NCBI RefSeq assembly: GCF_000021865.1
Contig: NC_014034.1
Location: 930,001 to 962,000, forward strand
Length of the DNA stretch: 32,000 nt
Direction: 5' to 3'
From: Rhodobacter capsulatus SB 1003
Lineage (GTDB): Bacteria; Pseudomonadota; Alphaproteobacteria; Rhodobacterales; Rhodobacteraceae
The position numbers were made by a program, and so were the translations under genes. The notes under the pieces are model-generated. The model made no database searches. It saw only the letters and a program-made list of their open reading frames with translations, and was not told where the DNA came from. Positions 26,488-32,000 of this stretch are shown one piece after another (position 1 is the first letter of the stretch; each line of letters begins with the position of its first letter).

Positions 26488-26549
26488 GCCGAGCCGCCGC
26501 GGCCGGAGGGCGCCCGTCCCGCAAGGGGCGGGTGTGCTGGTTCACCCGT

Positions 26550-27179
26550 TCAGCCGGTGGTGCTCCAGACCCGGTGCAAAAGCCCCGCCGCCAGCGTCAG
26601 CATCATCGCGCCGATCAGCAGATCCAGCACCCGCCAGGCCAGCGGCCGGGCAAAGAGCGGTGCCAGAAACCGGGCGCCGAAGCCGAGCGCGGTGAACCAC
26701 AGCAGGCTGGCCAGCCCCGCGCCGAGGACAAAGGCCGGATGCGCCCCCGCGGGCTGCGCCGCGCCGACCGAGCCCACCAGCAGCACCGTATCCAGATAGA
26801 CATGCGGGTTGAGTAGCGTGAAACCTGCCACCCGCGCCAGCGCCCCCGCGCGCGTCAGCGCCGCGCCGCCCGGTTCGGTGTCCAGCCGCTCGGTCCGCAG
26901 CGCCCGGCGCAGGGCCGAAATCCCGTACCAGCCCAGAAACACCGCGCCCCCCAGCGACAGCGCTGTGACCAGCCGCGGCGCCGTGCCCAGCACCGCGCCC
27001 AGGCCCGCCACCCCGGCCGCGATCAGCGCCAGATCGCAAGCCGCGCAAAAGGCGACGACAAGCCCCACATGTTCGCGGCGCACCCCCTGGCGCAGCACGA
27101 AGGCATTCTGCGCGCCGATCGCGACGATGAGGCCAAGGGAGAGGGCGAAACCGGTGAGGAGGGGGGCAAGCTGGGTCAT
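26550..27179 (-). CDS. argO: LysE family arginine/basic amino-acid exporter
   Basis: 209 aa with RBS AAGGAAG. GAQNAFVLRQGVRREH is close to E. coli ArgO. It is divergent from an ArgP-type regulator gene. Confidence 0.85.
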   Translation of the reverse strand: MTQLAPLLTGFALSLGLIVAIGAQNAFVLRQGVRREHVGLVVAFCAACDLALIAAGVAGLGAVLGTAPRLVTALSLGGAVFLGWYGISALRRALRTERLDTEPGGAALTRAGALARVAGFTLLNPHVYLDTVLLVGSVGAAQPAGAHPAFVLGAGLASLLWFTALGFGARFLAPLFARPLAWRVLDLLIGAMMLTLAAGLLHRVWSTTG

Positions 27180-27250
27180 CGGGCTTCCTTGCCAGCCGGG
27201 CTTGGTGTAGTCAAATTCAGGATGCTAAAGCAGATGAAGGGGGGCTTAAG

Positions 27251-28180
27251 ATGCTCGACTATCCCTTGCTGGCGGCCCTGGCCGCGGTGATCCGCGAAGG
27301 CGGGTTCGAGCGGGCGGCGGCGCGGCTGGGGGTGACGCCCTCGGCGGTGTCGCAGCGCATCCGCGCGCTGGAGGAACGGGTGGGGGCGGCGCTGGTGGTG
27401 CGCAGCCAGCCGCCGGTGCCGACCGAGGCGGGGGCGCGGCTTTGCGCCCATGTCGAGCGGGTGCGGCTGCTGGAAGGGGAGCTGGCGGCCGATCTGCCTG
27501 CGCTCGCCGGGCCGGGGCCGGGGGCGCCTGCGCTGCCGGTTGCGGTGAATGCGGATTCGCTGGGCAGCTGGTTCCTGCCCGCGGCGGCGCGGTTTTCCGA
27601 GGCGACCGGGGCGCTGTTGCATCTGCTGCTGGATGACGAGGACCATACCGCGGCGCGGCTGCGCTCGGGCGAGGTTTTGGCGGCGGTGACGGCGGATCCG
27701 GCGGCGGTGCCCGGGTGCCGGACCCGGCCGCTCGGTGCGCTGCGCTATGTCGCCTGTGCCAGCCCCGCCTTCATGGCGCGGCATTTCCCGCAAGGGGTCA
27801 CCGCCGCGGCGCTGGCCCGGGCGCCGGTGCTGCAATTCGACCGCAAGGACGGGCTGCAGGCGCGCTGGCTGCGCCGCCATCTGGATCTGCCGCTGGCGGC
27901 GCCGACGCATCAGGTGCCCTCGACGCAGGGGTTTCTGGACGCCAGCCTGCTGGGGCTGGGCTGGGCGCTGCATCCCGTGCCGCTGGCCGCCGCGCCCCTG
28001 GCCGCGGGGCGGCTGGTCGAGCTTTTGCCCGGCGCGGCGCTGGAGGTGCCGCTGCACTGGCAGCATGCGCGGCTGGGGGCGCGGCTGCTGGAGGCGCTGA
28101 CGCGCGAGGTCGCCGCCGAGGCCCGGCGTTCCTTGATCGCGCCCGACGCGGGAATCGCTGGTCTTGCGGGAGAGGGCTGA
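27251..28180 (+). CDS. argP: LysR-family transcriptional regulator, ArgP/IciA type
   Basis: The N-terminal HTH region LAAVIREGGFERAAARLGVTPSAVSQRIRALEERVG closely resembles ArgP. Confidence 0.85.
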   Translation: MLDYPLLAALAAVIREGGFERAAARLGVTPSAVSQRIRALEERVGAALVVRSQPPVPTEAGARLCAHVERVRLLEGELAADLPALAGPGPGAPALPVAVNADSLGSWFLPAAARFSEATGALLHLLLDDEDHTAARLRSGEVLAAVTADPAAVPGCRTRPLGALRYVACASPAFMARHFPQGVTAAALARAPVLQFDRKDGLQARWLRRHLDLPLAAPTHQVPSTQGFLDASLLGLGWALHPVPLAAAPLAAGRLVELLPGAALEVPLHWQHARLGARLLEALTREVAAEARRSLIAPDAGIAGLAGEG

Positions 28181-28181
28181 T

Positions 28182-28198
28182 ATACTCCCCCGCAGTAT
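28182..28198. promoter_or_regulatory. Candidate FrmR/RcnR type-1 operator: ATACT-CCCCCGC-AGTAT
   Basis: AT-rich 5-bp inverted arms flank a 7-nt C/G tract. The site lies 19 nt upstream of the frmR ATG and directly after the argP stop. Confidence 0.6.
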
Positions 28199-28216
28199 GG
28201 TCCGGGGGAGACGCCG

Positions 28217-28483
28217 ATGCCGAACAACCCCGAGGACAAGAAGCGCATTCTGGCGCGGGTGAAGCGGATCACCGGCCAGTGCGAGGCGCTCTCGCGCGCG
28301 TTGGAAAGCGGATCGGACTGCGGTCCGATCCTGCAGCAGATCGCCGCCGTGCGCGGTGCCGTGAACGGGCTGATGGCCGAGGTGCTGGAGGCCCATATCC
28401 GCGACGAATTCGGCCCGCCCGAGGGAGAGGGCGGCGCCAGAACCGGGGAATTGCTGGCGCTGGTGCGCAGCTATCTCAAATAG
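28217..28483 (+). CDS. frmR: CsoR/RcnR/FrmR family transcriptional repressor (likely formaldehyde-responsive)
   Basis: 88 aa. RILARVKRITGQCEALSRALE...ILQQIAAVRGAVNGLMAEVLEAHI matches the DUF156 family. It lies directly upstream of adhC-fghA. Confidence 0.85.
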   Translation: MPNNPEDKKRILARVKRITGQCEALSRALESGSDCGPILQQIAAVRGAVNGLMAEVLEAHIRDEFGPPEGEGGARTGELLALVRSYLK

Positions 28484-29611
<1,128 letters not shown>

Positions 29612-29618
29612 GGCCGCG

Positions 29619-30449
29619 ATGGAACGTCTTGAAACGCACGGGTGTTTCGGCGGCACGCAGGAGGTGTGGAAACACGCCTCCGCCACGCTGGGCTGCGAGA
29701 TGCGCTTTGGCCTTTACACCCCGGCGCATGACCCGGGGGAGCGGCTGCCGGTGGTCTACTGGCTCTCGGGCCTGACCTGCAACGAGCAGAATTTCATCAC
29801 CAAGGCGGGGGCGCAGGCCCATGCGGCGCGGCATCGGGTGATCGTCGTCGCCCCCGACACCAGCCCCCGCGGCGAGGGGGTGGCCGATGATCCGGCCTAT
29901 GATCTGGGGCAGGGGGCGGGGTTTTATCTGAACGCCACTCAGGCGCCGTGGGCGGCCCATTACCGGATGCATGATTATGTCGTGACCGAATTGCCCGCGC
30001 TGATCGAGGCGGAATTCGCGGCCTCCGACCGGCGTTCGATCATGGGGCATTCGATGGGCGGGCATGGTGCGCTGGTCGCGGCCTTGCGCCATCCGGGGCG
30101 CTACCGGGCCGTCTCGGCCTTTGCGCCGATCGTCGCGCCCGCGCAGGTGCCCTGGGGGGAAAAGGCGTTCTCGGCCTATCTGGGGCCCGACCGGACGGCC
30201 TGGGCGGAATGGGATGCGACGGCGCTTCTGGCAGGGGCGGCGGAACGGTTGCCGATCCTGATCGATCAGGGCGAGGCGGACAGTTTCCTGGAAGACCAGC
30301 TGAAGCCCTGGATCCTGACCGAGGAAGCGGCGCGGCTTGGCCATCCGGTGACGCTGCGCCGTCATCCGGGCCATGACCACAGCTATTACTTCATCGCCAG
30401 CTTTCTGGCCGATCACTTCGCCCATCACGCCGCCGCGCTGCAGGGCTGA
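29619..30449 (+). CDS. fghA: S-formylglutathione hydrolase (esterase D)
   Basis: 276 aa. [27 protein letters not shown] and the C-terminal HDHSYYFI are typical of FghA/FrmB. Confidence 0.93.
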   Translation: MERLETHGCFGGTQEVWKHASATLGCEMRFGLYTPAHDPGERLPVVYWLSGLTCNEQNFITKAGAQAHAARHRVIVVAPDTSPRGEGVADDPAYDLGQGAGFYLNATQAPWAAHYRMHDYVVTELPALIEAEFAASDRRSIMGHSMGGHGALVAALRHPGRYRAVSAFAPIVAPAQVPWGEKAFSAYLGPDRTAWAEWDATALLAGAAERLPILIDQGEADSFLEDQLKPWILTEEAARLGHPVTLRRHPGHDHSYYFIASFLADHFAHHAAALQG

Positions 30450-30460
30450 GCCCGAAACGG

Positions 30461-30492
30461 AAAAAACCCCGCGGCGGACCGCGGGGCCTTTC
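30461..30492. terminator. Bidirectional intrinsic terminator between fghA (+) and the BI-1 gene (-)
   Basis: aaaaaaCCCCGCGG-cgga-CCGCGGGGccttt. Confidence 0.75.
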
Positions 30493-30518
30493 CCGGAGGT
30501 TGGTTCGGGTCGTTCAGA

Positions 30519-31235
30519 TCATTCGCGATTGCCAAGGAACTGCAGCAGGAACATGAACAGGTTCAGGAAGTCCATGTAGAGCTGCAGCGCGCCAAGGATC
30601 GCGGCCTTGCCCAGGAAATCGGCATCCGATTGGGCCAGTTGCAGATAGGTGTTCTTGATGTTCTGCGTGTCATAGGCGGTCAGACCTGCAAACAGCAGCA
30701 CACCGATCACCGAGATCGCGAATTGCAGCGCCGACGAGGCGATGAAGATGTTCAGCAGCGAGGCGACGATCAGGCCGATCAGACCCATCATCAGGAACGA
30801 GCCGAAAGCCGAGAGGTTGCGCTTCGTTGTGTAGCCGTAAAGCGAGAGCGCCGCGAAGGCGATGGCGGTGATCAGGAAGGTCTGCGCGATCGAGACGCCG
30901 GTGTAGACCTTGAAGATGAAGCTCAGCGACAGGCCCATCAGCGCCGAATAGCCGAAGAAGACCATCTGCGCGGTCGAGGTCTGCATCTTGTGGATCAGCG
31001 CCGAGAAGGCGAAGACCACGACGAGGGGGGCAAACATCACCACCCATTTCAGCGGCGTGCCGAAGATCGCGGCCAGAAGCTGGTCGTTCAGGCTGACGCC
31101 GAAGGCGACCGCGCCGGTGACGATCATCGCCACCGACATCAGGCCATAGACCTTGTTCATATGGGTCCGCAGACCCTCGTCGATGTAACTCGCACGGCCA
31201 GCCGCGGTGCTGTGCATCGTGTTGTAATTAGCCAT
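30519..31235 (-). CDS. Bax inhibitor-1/YccA family membrane protein
   Basis: ATG at 31235 follows GGAGA. MANYNT...YIDEGLRTHMNKVYGLM, seven hydrophobic segments and AYDTQNIK...LYMDFLNLF are typical of BI-1/YccA. Confidence 0.9.
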   Translation of the reverse strand: MANYNTMHSTAAGRASYIDEGLRTHMNKVYGLMSVAMIVTGAVAFGVSLNDQLLAAIFGTPLKWVVMFAPLVVVFAFSALIHKMQTSTAQMVFFGYSALMGLSLSFIFKVYTGVSIAQTFLITAIAFAALSLYGYTTKRNLSAFGSFLMMGLIGLIVASLLNIFIASSALQFAISVIGVLLFAGLTAYDTQNIKNTYLQLAQSDADFLGKAAILGALQLYMDFLNLFMFLLQFLGNRE

Positions 31236-31332
31236 GTGGTTGTCTCCAGTCTCATGCAGCGACACGCGCGAGGGTGCCGCCGTCGGGTCCGATATCGGAA
31301 AGGACCCTGCGGGTTTCAAGAACCGGGGGGCA

Positions 31333-31355
31333 GAAAAAACATCCCCGGCGCGGGG
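31333..31355 (-). terminator. Weak intrinsic terminator after the quinone oxidoreductase gene
   Basis: The minus strand reads CCCCG-cgc-CGGGG followed by atgttttttc. The stem is only 5 bp. Confidence 0.4.
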
Positions 31356-31356
31356 C

Positions 31357-32000
31357 TCACCCCATCGTGACGACGATCTTGCCGGTGGAACGGCGGGTGC
31401 GCAACATCTCCAGCGCCGCGGCGGTCTGCGACAGGGGGAAGCGGGCCGAGATATGCGGATGCAGCCGGCCTTCGGCGGCAAGGGCGAAAAGTTCCGTCAT
31501 CGAACGGCGCAGCGCCGCCGGGTCGAGATCCAGATAGCCGCCCCAGTAAAGCCCATGGATTTCAAGGTTTTTCACCAAAGCATGGTTGAGCTTCAGCACC
31601 GGCGGTGCCCCCGCGGCAAAGCCGATGACCAGAAAGCGCCCGCCCGGTTTCAGCGCCGCGAAAGCCGCCTCGCCCAAGCTGCCGCCGACCGCGTCATAGA
31701 CGACATCGGCGCCGCCAAGCGCCTTCAGCGCGGCTTTCAGATCGGGGGTTTCGGCATCCAGCGTCTCGGCCGCGCCCGCCTGCGCGGCGACGGCGCATTT
31801 TTCCGCCCCGCGCGCGACGGCGATCACCCGCGCCCCCAGCCGCGCGCCGATCTCGACCGCGGTCAGCCCGACGCCGCCCGCCGCGCCCAGCACCACCAGC
31901 GTCTCGCCCGCGCGCAGCCGCCCGCGCAGGGTCAGCGCCAGATGCGAGGTCCCATAGGCGATCTGGAAGGCCGCGGCGGTGTCGAAATCCAGACTGTCGG
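31357..32000 (-). CDS. NADPH:quinone oxidoreductase / zinc-type ADH superfamily protein (N-terminus outside the window)
   Basis: The frame stays open to the window edge (...AYGTSHLALTLRGRLRAGETLVVLGAAGGVGL...). It has a Rossmann GAAGGVG motif and a C-terminal STGKIVV. Confidence 0.85.
   Translation of the reverse strand, partial: DSLDFDTAAAFQIAYGTSHLALTLRGRLRAGETLVVLGAAGGVGLTAVEIGARLGARVIAVARGAEKCAVAAQAGAAETLDAETPDLKAALKALGGADVVYDAVGGSLGEAAFAALKPGGRFLVIGFAAGAPPVLKLNHALVKNLEIHGLYWGGYLDLDPAALRRSMTELFALAAEGRLHPHISARFPLSQTAAALEMLRTRRSTGKIVVTMG

Noticed and set aside
26507-26530. The hairpin cgcccgtccc-gcaa-ggggcgggtg between the RTX gene and argO, as a terminator.
   Set aside because: The stem has a mismatch and a wobble pair, and neither side has a convincing T-tract. 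It is plausible but too weak to call as a feature.

Overview
This is a high-GC window (hand-counted 60-nt lines give about 63% or more) with Rhodobacter-like alphaproteobacterial gene content, and most of it is ordinary core genome. I recognise: pepN (3' end), gatB, a DUF808 membrane protein, a five-gene peptide ABC transporter plus an M19 dipeptidase, a DEAD-box helicase, argS, a SPOR protein, nagZ, scpA, scpB, a crotonase, a PaaI thioesterase, a DASS/SLC13 permease, rplM-rpsI, an RTX-repeat protein, divergent argO/argP, frmR-adhC-fghA, a BI-1/YccA protein and a quinone oxidoreductase (5' part outside the window).

I saw no tRNA or rRNA genes, CRISPR arrays, transposases or integrases.

The main anomaly is a roughly 1.3 kb AT-rich segment at about 2507-3800 (sampled lines give 37-38% GC). 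It sits exactly between the gatB terminator and the DUF808 gene and carries one 378-aa orphan ORF on the minus strand. The C-terminal half of that ORF looks like a degenerate Nudix fold. This is a horizontally acquired single-gene cassette of unknown function, and an accessory or defence role is a hypothesis only.

The second notable locus is a pair of native-composition hypothetical genes (4879-5433 and 5667-6278, minus strand). Each has upstream CtrA-type boxes (TTAA-N7-TTAA and TTAACCAT) lying in unusually long intergenic regions.

Smaller observations are listed as findings: an RcnR/FrmR-type operator, several hairpins and palindromes, a small basic ORF coupled to scpAB, and an orphan RTX protein. 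Many very long ORFs in the six-frame track are antisense artefacts of the high GC content and were rejected.
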